Source of the DNA: a bacterium
GTDB taxonomy: Bacteria > Hinthialibacterota > Hinthialibacteria > Hinthialibacterales > Hinthialibacteraceae
Length of the DNA stretch: 64,000 nucleotides
Reading direction: 5' to 3'
Assembly (NCBI GenBank): GCA_963662285.2
Contig: CAXXMV010000006.1
Coordinates: forward strand, 832,001 to 896,000
Below, in pieces: positions 42,111 through 52,506 of the stretch. Positions within the stretch are counted from its first letter, which is position 1, and every line of letters starts with the position of its first letter. The notes under the pieces are model-generated. The model made no database searches, was not told the origin of the DNA, and worked only from the letters and a program-made list of their open reading frames with translations. The position numbers and the translations under genes were made by a program.

Positions 42111-42776
42111 TTATTTTTCCGGCTTGAAGATGAGAAAGTATTGGTATTCGAGCACATCCTTAATTTCTCTAACCAGTTTCCAGCCTGCGTCATTCATTTC
42201 CTTGGTGAGCATCTCCTGTGAGTGGTTATGGCTTGGTGGAGGACCGATTTTTTGTCTTTTTTTCTTCCAATCAACTACAACCAACTGACCATTTTTTTTG
42301 AGCAGGGGGATCAAGCCTTTGTAATATTCAACCCGGTTTGAAAGGTGGTGGTTGGTATTGCAGAAGAAGATATGATCCAGGCTATTAGGAGGCAGCATGG
42401 GACGATCCATCGCGGCGTATACTGTGACTATGTTTTTTAATCCTTCTTCCTTAGACTGATCCTGTAAGAATTCGAGTAGATTGACAGCCAGGTCGCAGCA
42501 ATAAACAACGCCTTCAGGGCCGACGGTTTTAGCGAATGGACGAGAGAAATAGCCTGAACCACCACCGATATCAGCAATGGTTTCACCTTTCTTAAGTCCG
42601 AAAGCGCGGATTACATCATCGACCTTCTGCCACTGGGCGCGAGAATCTATTTCAAATTGGCCGGGAGTATAATGGTGATCCCGTTCAGATTCCTGAGAAT
42701 GTGCAGGCATCGAGCCATAAAGACCAACTAGTAGAGCTAATGAAATAATTAACCTGGGTGAAATGTTATAGTTCAT
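42111..42776 (-). CDS. Exported class I SAM-dependent methyltransferase
   Basis: Signal peptide; IADIGGGSGYF; VVVDW, GPP. Confidence 0.85.
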   Translation of the reverse strand: MNYNISPRLIISLALLVGLYGSMPAHSQESERDHHYTPGQFEIDSRAQWQKVDDVIRAFGLKKGETIADIGGGSGYFSRPFAKTVGPEGVVYCCDLAVNLLEFLQDQSKEEGLKNIVTVYAAMDRPMLPPNSLDHIFFCNTNHHLSNRVEYYKGLIPLLKKNGQLVVVDWKKKRQKIGPPPSHNHSQEMLTKEMNDAGWKLVREIKDVLEYQYFLIFKPEK

Positions 42777-43292
42777 TTAATCTTCTCCACGTTTAAGATA
42801 AAAAGAGGGAAGCATATAACCCGCTATTGTGAGCAAACTGAGCCATCCTAGCACCATGTAAGGCCAGTTGGAAGCAATAACGAAACCGGCGGTGGGCAGC
42901 CCGGCGAACAACCATACGAAGCCCAGCGCTTTTTTGAGGTCTTTGGTTTCCAAGGGAGCGTCGAGCGCCATATCCTGGGGCATCTCTACGAAACTGGCGT
43001 CGGATACAATCTGATGCGGCGCCGCTATGAGAAAATAATAAAGTACGCGACCGAATTCCGCTGAAAGTAGCAGAAGCAGTAATACCGCCCAAAAAACCGA
43101 ACGGGAGCGTTTGCGGCAATGCGGGCAGCGCGATATCCAATAGAGGTGGATCATGCGATAGACGGCGTTCAGCACCAGCCACACGCCCAGGGTGGCAACG
43201 CCCAAAGTAAGGTGAAGGCTTCGTGATGGTTCCGCTGCTTTGACTTCGAACGATTTATGATCGCAGCGGCAAGAGAATTGATAGGTTTCCAT
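42777..43292 (-). CDS. Hypothetical membrane protein with Cys motifs
   Basis: CRCD, HLTLGVATLGVW, CPHC; several TM segments. Confidence 0.65.
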   Translation of the reverse strand: METYQFSCRCDHKSFEVKAAEPSRSLHLTLGVATLGVWLVLNAVYRMIHLYWISRCPHCRKRSRSVFWAVLLLLLLSAEFGRVLYYFLIAAPHQIVSDASFVEMPQDMALDAPLETKDLKKALGFVWLFAGLPTAGFVIASNWPYMVLGWLSLLTIAGYMLPSFYLKRGED

Positions 43293-43342
43293 GCCGGATA
43301 ATCCTTGTTCTGCTAAAGCCGCTTTGGTTTATGTGAATCACT

Positions 43343-45190
43343 CTAAGCGCCCATCAATTTGTAGGCGGCCCACAACAGTAATCCTGTATCAACCCAAAGG
43401 GCTAGTTCATCTTCTGTATATGTTTCCATAAACCATACTTGTTCGTCCAGCCCTGCGCTCAGGGACATTGGTTTACTATTCGCGGCAAGTTCGTCAAACA
43501 GAGCGTTGATATCTTCTTTATGCGTGAAATCGTCTGGAATTTCTTCTTTTTCCGTATCTAAAATAAAACGGAAGAAATCTTTGGAGAATACAGTTTCGAT
43601 CTGCGCTGGAGATTTAACCTCATTGAGTAGATCACGCATTGCAGTGGAACGCGTATTATCTTTATTGGTGAGATAGTTCTGCGCCGCTTCACGGGCGTCG
43701 AACAGGTAGGTTACGGCATCCCGCTCAATCAATAATAACTCCTCAAAACCCAGCATCTGGTTTATGGGATTATCTTCGAATTTATAACTGGCGCCGGGCA
43801 GCATGGCGATCTCTATTGAACTGGAAGTAACTGAAGGCATAGACGCCAGTTGCTGCAAAGAAGACTGATCTGAATTCAGTCCGGGGAAAGCCATTGTCAG
43901 CGTCGGTGCGTCATTGTAAAAACCGTAGATGTTCAAGCCGATAGTCTCTCCCTGGGGGAGCAGCTGAGATATCATGCGCAGTTTCATCTTATTGATAAGA
44001 CCATTCATGCGGCCTTTACCGGGTATGCCTTCGGGCGCCTCTTGCTGCATTTCTTTCATCAGCGCAATATTTTTCTTTTGTTCTGCGCGTTTAGTTTTTC
44101 TGATTTCACGTTGCGACATGTCTCCGGATGACTTTGTGATCCCAATTGGAGCGGGTGCGCCATTGACCGGGATTTGCTCAGCGGCGGTCGCTGAGATGGG
44201 GGATCCGGCATGAGGCCATCGAATGGCCAGTTCCAACAGACCCGCAGGATCGTCATCGCCGAAGGGGAACTTATCAATCGGCTTCCATTGTTCCATCCAG
44301 GGCGCTTTTGTTTCACTTGGAGCGACGATGGTCATGCTTCCGCCTTTTTCTTTACATTGGAACAAGACGGCTGGGTGCATCACTCCCAAGGCGCTCAATC
44401 TTTGCGTAATCATGCCAAGCGCACCGGGCAGCGGTTCACCGGGATGGGTTGAGTTTGAGAATAGAGCCAAAAGCGTATCGGGATGTTTCGATAATATCTC
44501 TTGCGTAGGATTAACGGCGTCGGCTTCTGCAGGAGGCGGCGGCGGTTGATTCCAAAAATGCTCCAGGGCGGTTGGGTTGTTGCAAATCCATAAAAGCCCG
44601 CCATCCTGCATATAGGCGTATTCTCCTATGGGAGAAGCAATGGTTTTTATGATTGCTGGTCCAGCATGAATTTCGGATGTGGCTGAATCGGGATTGGCGC
44701 TGATGAAGGCGTCAATTCCGGGAAGCGTATCGGAAGCCTCGGTGGCGCCGCTTAACTTAAATGTCGCGATAAAGACGGAGGTGGGGATATCATCCTTGGG
44801 CGGCAGCAAGTAGAGGCGCATCTCATCGGAAGAAGAGAAAAGTCCGCTCAGGGTTTGGGTAACTCCCTGGGGCAGGGAAGCGCAGAACTCTTTATAAACG
44901 GTTGCCACAGCTGGTTGCTCCAGGAATGAATTGAAATTCCCGTTATTTTTGCGCCACTGATTGATGTCGGCGTAGAGCCAATAGGGCGCGGTACTGGGCA
45001 GGAAATGCTCGCTCATAACTTTGGCGGGAGAGAGGGCCGCCGTATCTTTCCCATCCTGTTTTGATGATTGATCTTCGTTGGCGGCGACGCCTGAAGCACT
45101 TTGTTTATTTGGATCGAATTGGCGATTCACGGCAATGCCGCAGATGATCCCCGAAGCGAAAATGAGAAGGACGAGTAGAATTTTTTTCAT
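43343..45190 (-). CDS. Hypothetical N-terminally anchored exported protein downstream of gspD
   Basis: MKKILLVLLIF hydrophobic N-terminus; long ORF co-oriented with the gsp operon. Confidence 0.7.
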   Translation of the reverse strand: MKKILLVLLIFASGIICGIAVNRQFDPNKQSASGVAANEDQSSKQDGKDTAALSPAKVMSEHFLPSTAPYWLYADINQWRKNNGNFNSFLEQPAVATVYKEFCASLPQGVTQTLSGLFSSSDEMRLYLLPPKDDIPTSVFIATFKLSGATEASDTLPGIDAFISANPDSATSEIHAGPAIIKTIASPIGEYAYMQDGGLLWICNNPTALEHFWNQPPPPPAEADAVNPTQEILSKHPDTLLALFSNSTHPGEPLPGALGMITQRLSALGVMHPAVLFQCKEKGGSMTIVAPSETKAPWMEQWKPIDKFPFGDDDPAGLLELAIRWPHAGSPISATAAEQIPVNGAPAPIGITKSSGDMSQREIRKTKRAEQKKNIALMKEMQQEAPEGIPGKGRMNGLINKMKLRMISQLLPQGETIGLNIYGFYNDAPTLTMAFPGLNSDQSSLQQLASMPSVTSSSIEIAMLPGASYKFEDNPINQMLGFEELLLIERDAVTYLFDAREAAQNYLTNKDNTRSTAMRDLLNEVKSPAQIETVFSKDFFRFILDTEKEEIPDDFTHKEDINALFDELAANSKPMSLSAGLDEQVWFMETYTEDELALWVDTGLLLWAAYKLMGA

Positions 45191-45286
45191 TATATTTGGC
45201 GCCATTAAAGATATTTGTCTAATATCAACATAAAACATATTATGATTTTCATTCACTTTATTTAATATCACTGGTGTAATGATTGT

Positions 45287-48115
45287 CTAATGAACTCCAA
45301 CCCGAACATCGATGTCTTTCATTATCTCCTTGAAGCGATCATATTTCTTGATACGGTCGCTCTGATTTTCAAGTATTCTGAAACGATCCTCCTGGCTGGC
45401 CAGGATATATGGTGTTATGAAAGTCAATAGCTCGGTTTTTGATTGTCTCTTGCCTTTAGTTTTGAAAAGATGTCCCAGAACCGGTATGTGCATTAAGCCG
45501 GGTATTCCGTTTTCTGAATCGGTGAAACTGGTATCAATAACGCCGGAGAGAACCGCTGTCTCCTGGTCTTTAATAGTTAAGCGCGTCTCGACTTTTCGAC
45601 GGGAAAATGCAGGCGCCGAACCATTGGGCGTTACTAAAGCGAATTGTTCGAGAATCTGACCTGTCTCCATATCCACTTCAATAGTAACCGTGGATGCGTC
45701 GTTGATGTGGGGGCTGACATACAACTTAAGACCGACCTCTTCGTATTCGATCTCCTGAGTGGTGGTGACATTGCCTTGAGAAATTCCTGACAGGCGGGGG
45801 ATGCGGTTGATAACCTCAACAAAAGCCCGTTGGTTGTCACCCGCCAGGATGTTGGGACGGGCGATAACGTTGGTTTTGGCATTCGACGCCAGGATATTGA
45901 TGGCGGCGTCGTATTTCGCAGTAGACAAAATCGCCGCCCGATCAAAGTTCATTCCACTTATAGGAGCGTCTAAAGTTCCTTGGGCGTTCAGAGTCAGTTT
46001 GTCGCCCCAGTCGATGCCCCATTCGTCGTCTTTAACATCAATGATTTCCACAATAAGAATTTCGACTAATACCTGGGATATTTCTCTATCCAAATCGTTG
46101 ATCAGAGTATTGATGGAATCGAAATATTGTGAACTGGTAGTCACTAATAGAGAGTTGGTGCGCGTTTCGGATACGATGCGCACGTTGCCGATTAGGTTGC
46201 TGATGTCTTCTTGCTGGTTATTGGATTGTTGGTTGGTATACCAATAGAAGCCGCGGTTGCCTTGATTCTGGCGGTCTTCCTGGAATAGATCGTTTAATTG
46301 AGTCGCCAGATATCCGGCGTCGGCGTTTTTGAGAGGATAAACTTTGGTAGTGCCGAATTCAGGGGCGATGCGGTCAAGTTCCTCTATCAGTTTCTCGATA
46401 ACGCCAAAGGCGCGAGGGGTGGCGGCTAAAACGATCAGTGAGTTGGTGGTCGGATCGGCAATGGTTTTGATCTTGCCGCTGAATCCGGTAATCTGTTGCT
46501 GTTGCTGATTTCCTCGACTGTAACCATAGAAATAGTCGAACGAATTATTTTGTGATTTGGCCGAGAATATTTCATCCAGCATATAAGCCAGATCAGTGGC
46601 CCGGACATTTTTAACCGGATAGACCCTAGGTTCTTCTTTTGAATTAGGGAGAGGTTGATCCAGTGTGTCGATCAGATCTTCAACCATGGGAAAATCGGAT
46701 GGTTTCGCTGTAACAATTAACGCATTGAGCCTTTGATCTTCGACGATCTTGATTTGGTTTTCTTCATCGCCGCGTCGGCTGCGGGAACTGTAATAGGAGT
46801 AATAATAACTGCGGTTGTTATTATTAGAATCTTCATCGGTTAATAGTTGTTTGATCATCTGGCTGATGACAATGGCGTCCGCATTTTCCAGGACATAAAC
46901 CCGTGTCAGTTTGTCGTAGGATTTTTTATGATCCAACACAGAGAGGACTTCGCTGATGGATTTCACGTCTTCTGGATAAGCATGAATGACAATTGAATTG
47001 GTGCGCGAATCGGCGAAGACAACCGGATGGTACACCTGGTTGCGCTTATTCATGGTGAATTGCTGTAAACCCTGCGCTACTTGTGATGCATCAGCATTGA
47101 CCAGGGCGACAGTCTTGGTTTCCAGATTAACGGTGGAACTGGTATCCATTTTGTCAATATAATCGGTTATCGTGTCGAGTGCATCCTGCGGCGCTGAAAG
47201 AATGAGAGAATTGGTGCTGCGGTCGGCCAGCACTTCGCACATATCGTCTGCGGTGCGACGTTTCTGCTTATCATCTCCCGGAATTTTCGCCGCCACCAGA
47301 TTGACCAGTATGTCTTCCATATTGCGGGCGATTTCGGAGGCGCTTAGGTAGCGTAACTTAAAAACCTGAACCGATGCGCCGATTTTAGCGCCTTTTTGAT
47401 CCAACTGCTTGATGATGCTTTCCAGGCGGGTGATGTTGGCCATTGTATCGGTAATAACCAAGGTGTTAGTACGGTCATCGGCGATGATATTGGAATTCTC
47501 TGTGACCAGCGGCGTCAGCGCTTCTTTAAGTTGAGTTGGTGAAGCGTACTCCAGGTGAATTATTTTATTCTGAAATTGTGAACCGGGGATGCTTTCATCA
47601 AACTTATCGGTTACCTTACCCAGTCGTTGCTTGGCGGCGGACAGGGGCAGCACAATTATCATTTGATCAGTCTCTTCAAAGGTGATGTCTTGAAACCGGA
47701 ATGCGGTGTCAATGATGTGCATGGCTTCTTCTTTGGTCACCTCGTTGGGATTCATGATGGTGAACTGGCCTTTGACGTCTGGAGTTTTCAAGACCAGTTT
47801 CTTGGTCATATCACTTAGGAATTTAAGCACCTGATCAATTTGGGAGTTGTTGAAATTAAGTTTGAATTTTTCCGGGCCGCCGGGAGTGGCTGATTCAATG
47901 GCTTTAGCCGTTGCTCCATTGGGGTAGAAGATTTCTCCCGATTTGAGCAGGTTCTTGATTGAATCGGCGAACAGTCCGCCGAGACCGGCGTTATTCTTCA
48001 CCGCGGCATCTTCTTGATCTATTTGCTCCTCTTCTTGAGCGTATACCAAAGCAGTATTTTGAAAGCCGAAGAGCAGCGTGAATACCATGATTATCAAAGC
48101 GAAACGTTTTAACAT
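45287..48115 (-). CDS. gspD: T2SS secretin, extended
   Basis: N0 (LNFNNSQI), six NolW-like repeats (D.RTN.L), QVLVEILIVEI, VGLKLYVSPHIN, GIPGLMHIPVLGHLF, TELLTFITP; start ATG 48115. Confidence 0.9.
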   Translation of the reverse strand: MLKRFALIIMVFTLLFGFQNTALVYAQEEEQIDQEDAAVKNNAGLGGLFADSIKNLLKSGEIFYPNGATAKAIESATPGGPEKFKLNFNNSQIDQVLKFLSDMTKKLVLKTPDVKGQFTIMNPNEVTKEEAMHIIDTAFRFQDITFEETDQMIIVLPLSAAKQRLGKVTDKFDESIPGSQFQNKIIHLEYASPTQLKEALTPLVTENSNIIADDRTNTLVITDTMANITRLESIIKQLDQKGAKIGASVQVFKLRYLSASEIARNMEDILVNLVAAKIPGDDKQKRRTADDMCEVLADRSTNSLILSAPQDALDTITDYIDKMDTSSTVNLETKTVALVNADASQVAQGLQQFTMNKRNQVYHPVVFADSRTNSIVIHAYPEDVKSISEVLSVLDHKKSYDKLTRVYVLENADAIVISQMIKQLLTDEDSNNNNRSYYYSYYSSRSRRGDEENQIKIVEDQRLNALIVTAKPSDFPMVEDLIDTLDQPLPNSKEEPRVYPVKNVRATDLAYMLDEIFSAKSQNNSFDYFYGYSRGNQQQQQITGFSGKIKTIADPTTNSLIVLAATPRAFGVIEKLIEELDRIAPEFGTTKVYPLKNADAGYLATQLNDLFQEDRQNQGNRGFYWYTNQQSNNQQEDISNLIGNVRIVSETRTNSLLVTTSSQYFDSINTLINDLDREISQVLVEILIVEIIDVKDDEWGIDWGDKLTLNAQGTLDAPISGMNFDRAAILSTAKYDAAINILASNAKTNVIARPNILAGDNQRAFVEVINRIPRLSGISQGNVTTTQEIEYEEVGLKLYVSPHINDASTVTIEVDMETGQILEQFALVTPNGSAPAFSRRKVETRLTIKDQETAVLSGVIDTSFTDSENGIPGLMHIPVLGHLFKTKGKRQSKTELLTFITPYILASQEDRFRILENQSDRIKKYDRFKEIMKDIDVRVGVH

Positions 48116-48225
48116 GAGATTTCCTCGATTGGGATTTTTTATATGGATGTTTCTGTATATTCCTGACATGTTTTTAACCTCTAATATATTTAATGATATT
48201 TCATGTGTTTTCATGGTTGATTAAT

Positions 48226-49026
48226 TTAGCGCTGTCCACGGAATCGATTTTTCAGCATTTCCTTTTCGCTGTCGCTCATGCTGTTAGCCAAATTCATCTT
48301 TTCTTCATTCGATAAATTCTTAAGTTGATCCATAGACATGCCCCGGAAAGTGAATCCCGCAGGCGCCTCCATGCGGCCCATACGCTTGAGGCCGGGAGGA
48401 AGAGAGGCATTTGGTGATCTATTTGGTGATCTATTGACTCTTGATGATTTGTTGTTGCCGTTGTTTCTGGTCGGTGGTTGTTGCATTGGCATGGGAGAGG
48501 GTGCGCCGCCGCCTTCTCCACCCTGGAATAATTGTACTGTAATCGGGTTGCCTTTTTCATCTTCCAGCACCACAGAAAATATGTTGATCTCTTTAAGTTT
48601 CGCTGTGCCGACATTTTGTCCAACAGAGACAGGTTGTCCGTTGATAACTGCTTTATCAAGATAGATAGCCGACAGCATGTAGTTGACTTGCACCTTCATA
48701 AAGATATTTTTAGCTGGTTTTTTCTCTTGTGGAGGAGTTCCCGCTGGATTTGCGCCTGGATTTCCACCGGAAGGAGGGCCGCCCGGATTCATGCCTTGGG
48801 GTGCGCCGGGAGTTGCCGGTGTGGGGCCATCTTTGGTTTGCAGGGCGGCAGGCTCAGTGTTTTTAGTCTGCTCAATAAGTTTGTCGACTTTGCTCAGTTC
48901 AATGGCGGATACTCCCCAGGCGATAACTTGCGAACAAGCCAGTAAGGCTAAAACCGCCAAAGCAAGGGGTTGCCAATATGCGCGGGCTAATTGTCCAATC
49001 CGGTTAGAAAATAAGGTTCTCATCAT
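48226..49026 (-). CDS. GspC-like T2SS protein
   Basis: Single TM, Pro/Gly linker, LSAI..KAVING..VGQ.V...LKEI HR-domain-like pattern; position before gspD. Confidence 0.55.
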   Translation of the reverse strand: MMRTLFSNRIGQLARAYWQPLALAVLALLACSQVIAWGVSAIELSKVDKLIEQTKNTEPAALQTKDGPTPATPGAPQGMNPGGPPSGGNPGANPAGTPPQEKKPAKNIFMKVQVNYMLSAIYLDKAVINGQPVSVGQNVGTAKLKEINIFSVVLEDEKGNPITVQLFQGGEGGGAPSPMPMQQPPTRNNGNNKSSRVNRSPNRSPNASLPPGLKRMGRMEAPAGFTFRGMSMDQLKNLSNEEKMNLANSMSDSEKEMLKNRFRGQR

Positions 49027-49602
49027 TTACCTCTGAGCCAGAGCTGATGGCGTGACTGGCTCTGGCTGTGCATTTAATAGATATGTCGTCAGCGTCATGG
49101 TTACATCAAGATCAGGTTTTTGAGGGTCTTTCAGTTTGCTTCTCAGTGAAGTTGGCTGACAAATGTATTTGGCATTTCTAATGCTATCAAGGAATTTTAC
49201 CAGTTGCTCGAACTGACACTCCAGTGATACCCTGATATCCAGGCGCGGCAGCGGTTTGGCGCGTTTGTTGGTGTTGGGATCCCAATTCTTTATTTTAACG
49301 CCGCAACGTCCGGCGACTTGCTCTATTTCGGCGATCAATTGAATTATTTCATTTTCGCTGGCGAAATTGCCTTCTTTATTGCCCAATTTTTTGCGCATTA
49401 TGTTGTTGCGCACTTTCTGGGTATCAATATCTTTCATCTGTGCAAAAAGTTCTGAAAAATGCACCGCAGTGTTTTCGGATAGGGCTGAATCGTCTGCCTG
49501 ATTGAAGAAGACGCCCCATCCCATAAATAATATGCCAATTGCGGCCGCAATTGCGGTGATTTTTGCAAGCCTTTGTTCCCGCTCGGATAAACTCATTACC
49601 AT
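49027..49602 (-). CDS. GspM/PilO-like protein
   Basis: LSEREQRL + TM, FEQLVKFLDSI. Confidence 0.75.
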   Translation of the reverse strand: MVMSLSEREQRLAKITAIAAAIGILFMGWGVFFNQADDSALSENTAVHFSELFAQMKDIDTQKVRNNIMRKKLGNKEGNFASENEIIQLIAEIEQVAGRCGVKIKNWDPNTNKRAKPLPRLDIRVSLECQFEQLVKFLDSIRNAKYICQPTSLRSKLKDPQKPDLDVTMTLTTYLLNAQPEPVTPSALAQR

Positions 49603-49636
49603 GAATCCCTTCGTTTTACAAAACTACCTCGTCAGC

Positions 49637-51133
49637 TTAACGGGAAGGTTGTAATTTGCCCCTTAAATATATGATGAATCCTTCTTTTTCGACTACAGAT
49701 CGATCTAGTACGATATCACGGAAGAACGGGCTATCATTCAATTTTTGTTGTAAATCGACTGCTCTTTGATTGTTGCCGCCTTTGAGCGCAATCTCCACGC
49801 CTGATTTGAAATCGAGATTGATGTTTTTGATCATGATTCCTTCGGGCAGGGTTTCGGCGAGGAAAAGGAATAACTCGGCGAAATTGACATTGGCGCTGAG
49901 CATCTGCCTCAATCCAACCTCTTCCAGTTGCAGTTTGTTCGAGAGTTTTATCAGGTCTTCGCCTTTATCAAGACGCGCTTCGACAGCATGGCTAAACCAT
50001 ATTCCCTTGCCAATCCACAGCACCAGGAATATCCCCGCCAACGAGCAAGCCATAGTAGTGAATTTTTTAGAAGGTAAAGCCGCCTCTGGCAGGAAATTCT
50101 TCCAGTTTACATTTTGCGCAGCATCTTCTAAAAGGTTTGGTCCGGCAATATCTCTGTTGAGTGAGCAATATGCAATGCACAGTAAGGAGAGATGGCCTCC
50201 AATGATATCATCATGTTTACCGGAAAAATATTTCAGGATATGGCTTTTGGTTACTTGCGATAGTTCCAAGCCATTATTGTGAGCTACGGTTTTGATGCGG
50301 TCGAATGACCAGTCTTCGAATCCACAGCACAACATCCCTTTGATCGATCCACGCGCAAAACGGTCAGCGGCATAATAGAGGGTTCGTTCGATTTCCTGCG
50401 CCAGCGAGTATTCTTCGGCGCCCGCTTCATCCAATTTTTGGCTTGCAGGGATATGACGTTTCAGAGGAACCGAGCGGGTCAGGTAAATCGCTTTACGGTC
50501 TGCGATAGTAATTGAAGCGCGTCCGTCTTCTTGAGTGATAATCATTGATGGTTCATCCAGGAACGAAGGATCAGCGCCGAGGATGTATTCATAATAACCC
50601 CAGAAGTCAGGTGTTACTTGAGTGGGCGCCAGGCGGTCTTCCGGCCACGAATGAAGTAATTCGTCAATGTATTCTTTGCGGGCGGCAACCCATAACAGCT
50701 GAGTTTTCTCTTCAGCTTCGCGACCCGAAGAGATCAACATATCCCATGATATATCCTCAATAGGAACATGCAGCGCTTCGGAAACTTCGAAGGATACCAG
50801 GTCGCTCAGCGTTTCTCCTTCCGCCGCCGGAGCTTCAAGAAAACGAGCGGTTAAACGGTGGCTGGGGGCGATTACGATAACTTCGTGTTTTGTCATCCAC
50901 CCCAGTTTCAGTTTACGGTTGATGGCTTGAAGCGCAGTTTGCAGAGCAGAAGAATCCTGTTTCAAAGGTTGCTCTGCATCTTCATTATTTACTATTGGCT
51001 CGAAACCGGCGCCCAGAATGTTAAGGGAGTCATTCTCCCTGAGGACTTCCAGCCAGTAGATGCCGGTGGATGCCGGTTGCAACAAGATGAGATGCATGGC
51101 CCGTTTTTCTGGTTTCATCGCAATACTTTCCAA
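49637..51133 (-). CDS. GspL / PilM-PilN-like protein
   Basis: Actin-like N domain (VSFEV..LHVPIEDISWD, AQEIERTL), TM, PilN-like C domain (LPEGIMIKNI). Confidence 0.7.
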   Translation of the reverse strand: MESIAMKPEKRAMHLILLQPASTGIYWLEVLRENDSLNILGAGFEPIVNNEDAEQPLKQDSSALQTALQAINRKLKLGWMTKHEVIVIAPSHRLTARFLEAPAAEGETLSDLVSFEVSEALHVPIEDISWDMLISSGREAEEKTQLLWVAARKEYIDELLHSWPEDRLAPTQVTPDFWGYYEYILGADPSFLDEPSMIITQEDGRASITIADRKAIYLTRSVPLKRHIPASQKLDEAGAEEYSLAQEIERTLYYAADRFARGSIKGMLCCGFEDWSFDRIKTVAHNNGLELSQVTKSHILKYFSGKHDDIIGGHLSLLCIAYCSLNRDIAGPNLLEDAAQNVNWKNFLPEAALPSKKFTTMACSLAGIFLVLWIGKGIWFSHAVEARLDKGEDLIKLSNKLQLEEVGLRQMLSANVNFAELFLFLAETLPEGIMIKNINLDFKSGVEIALKGGNNQRAVDLQQKLNDSPFFRDIVLDRSVVEKEGFIIYLRGKLQPSR

Positions 51134-52506
51134 TATCGAATTTCCGGTGGCTCGACTCCGCGATCCACAACGGCATAAATTTCTTTGTAAGCCCGCGAAC
51201 GTTCAATTTGTCCTGATGAGCGTGCGGAAAAGACGGATGATTTCGCGCAGATGCTTCCGTTAATGGTGATGAATTTACTTTTTGACATTCCCTGAATGTC
51301 CATTAACTCGCCGATATTGTCGAACGGCGCTTCGCTTGATTTACGGTATTCAATAATTTTTTCAACCAGGTCTTCATCATTGAACAGAATATTTAATACC
51401 ATTTTCGGCGCAGTGTTTATGTTTACTTTGCCGATCAAATTTTCTTCATCTGAAACAGTTATTTTATCGGCGATATTTTTGAATTTTTCTTTGCTGATGG
51501 ATATGCTGTTGGAATTAGTGTTATTATTCCGATTGTTATTTCTGTTATTATTGCTGTTGTTATTGGAATTACTGTTGACTGTTTTTTCCATCAGTTCGCC
51601 AATCGAAGCGAATTGCTCCTGGTCGCGTACTGATATAATGGCGTCGATTTCATCATCGGATAATTCGCTGCTAAACTGCTCTTTTAGTTTTTCCTTATTG
51701 GCTGTATTGATATTAATGCGGGCTTCTCCCTCGCCGGAGACATTTTTTTCATAAGAATAAGCTGTGATGTATGGATACCAGCCGCGTTCCAGCTCTCCAT
51801 CGCTGTTATCCAGGGGCGGCGTTTTGGCGCCATCGTTTTCATTGGCGTCGAGCAGGCCGTTGGTGTTGGTATCTTCTCCATAAAGCAGGTCGAGGGTCAT
51901 ACCCTTTACTAATAACATTTCCTCCACCGAATCGTAGAAAGCGTTTTTGGTCTGGTATGGTTCGGGTAATGTTTCGTAATATTCGCTTTCAGCGCCATAA
52001 GTTCCCGGATTGTCATCATCGTCGCGCCAATCGATTATAGCGTCAATGACTTCCTCTTCCGCATTAGGCAATCGAAGCAGGACATCCCGGCTGGCGGTAT
52101 TGATATTAATTTTACTGCATTCATCCACTGCGCCATATTCTATACTGTTTTCACTATCGGGCGTTGAGCGGGTCAGGCTATAAGTCCCGTTGCCTAACAT
52201 GACGTTTCCGAAGGCTTCAGAGTTTAGTGACCATGATTCGTCCAGGCTGTCATAAGTAGTTTCAGTTTTATCGTTAACCAACTCAGCCATCAGTCGATAG
52301 ATGCCGGCTTCGGCCAACATGCGCGCTTCACTGGCATTATTTGTATTACGATTTACTTGTAGAGAAAGTGTGGCTTGCCGGTTAAAAAGCATGGTAATTG
52401 AACCTAGCACCGCCACTATCCAAAGCACAATGATGAGAGCCATACCGCATTGTTGATTATGTGATTTATCTCTCACCGCTTTGTCCTCCTTCATCAGACG
52501 ACTCAT
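51115..52506 (-). CDS. gspK: Minor pseudopilin GspK
   Basis: G|MALIIVLW, LAEAG, DECSKININ, AIIDWRD, HhH repeats. Confidence 0.9.
   Translation of the reverse strand: MSRLMKEDKAVRDKSHNQQCGMALIIVLWIVAVLGSITMLFNRQATLSLQVNRNTNNASEARMLAEAGIYRLMAELVNDKTETTYDSLDESWSLNSEAFGNVMLGNGTYSLTRSTPDSENSIEYGAVDECSKININTASRDVLLRLPNAEEEVIDAIIDWRDDDDNPGTYGAESEYYETLPEPYQTKNAFYDSVEEMLLVKGMTLDLLYGEDTNTNGLLDANENDGAKTPPLDNSDGELERGWYPYITAYSYEKNVSGEGEARININTANKEKLKEQFSSELSDDEIDAIISVRDQEQFASIGELMEKTVNSNSNNNSNNNRNNNRNNNTNSNSISISKEKFKNIADKITVSDEENLIGKVNINTAPKMVLNILFNDEDLVEKIIEYRKSSEAPFDNIGELMDIQGMSKSKFITINGSICAKSSVFSARSSGQIERSRAYKEIYAVVDRGVEPPEIRYWKVLR

Noticed and set aside
51115-51150. GspK C-terminus (IRYWKVLR) as a sixth tail-motif example
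   Set aside because: Trp is at -5, it ends in Arg, and this is an ordinary GspK ending
51505-51580. AAT/AAC-rich microsatellite-like stretch
   Set aside because: Encodes an Asn-rich loop of GspK
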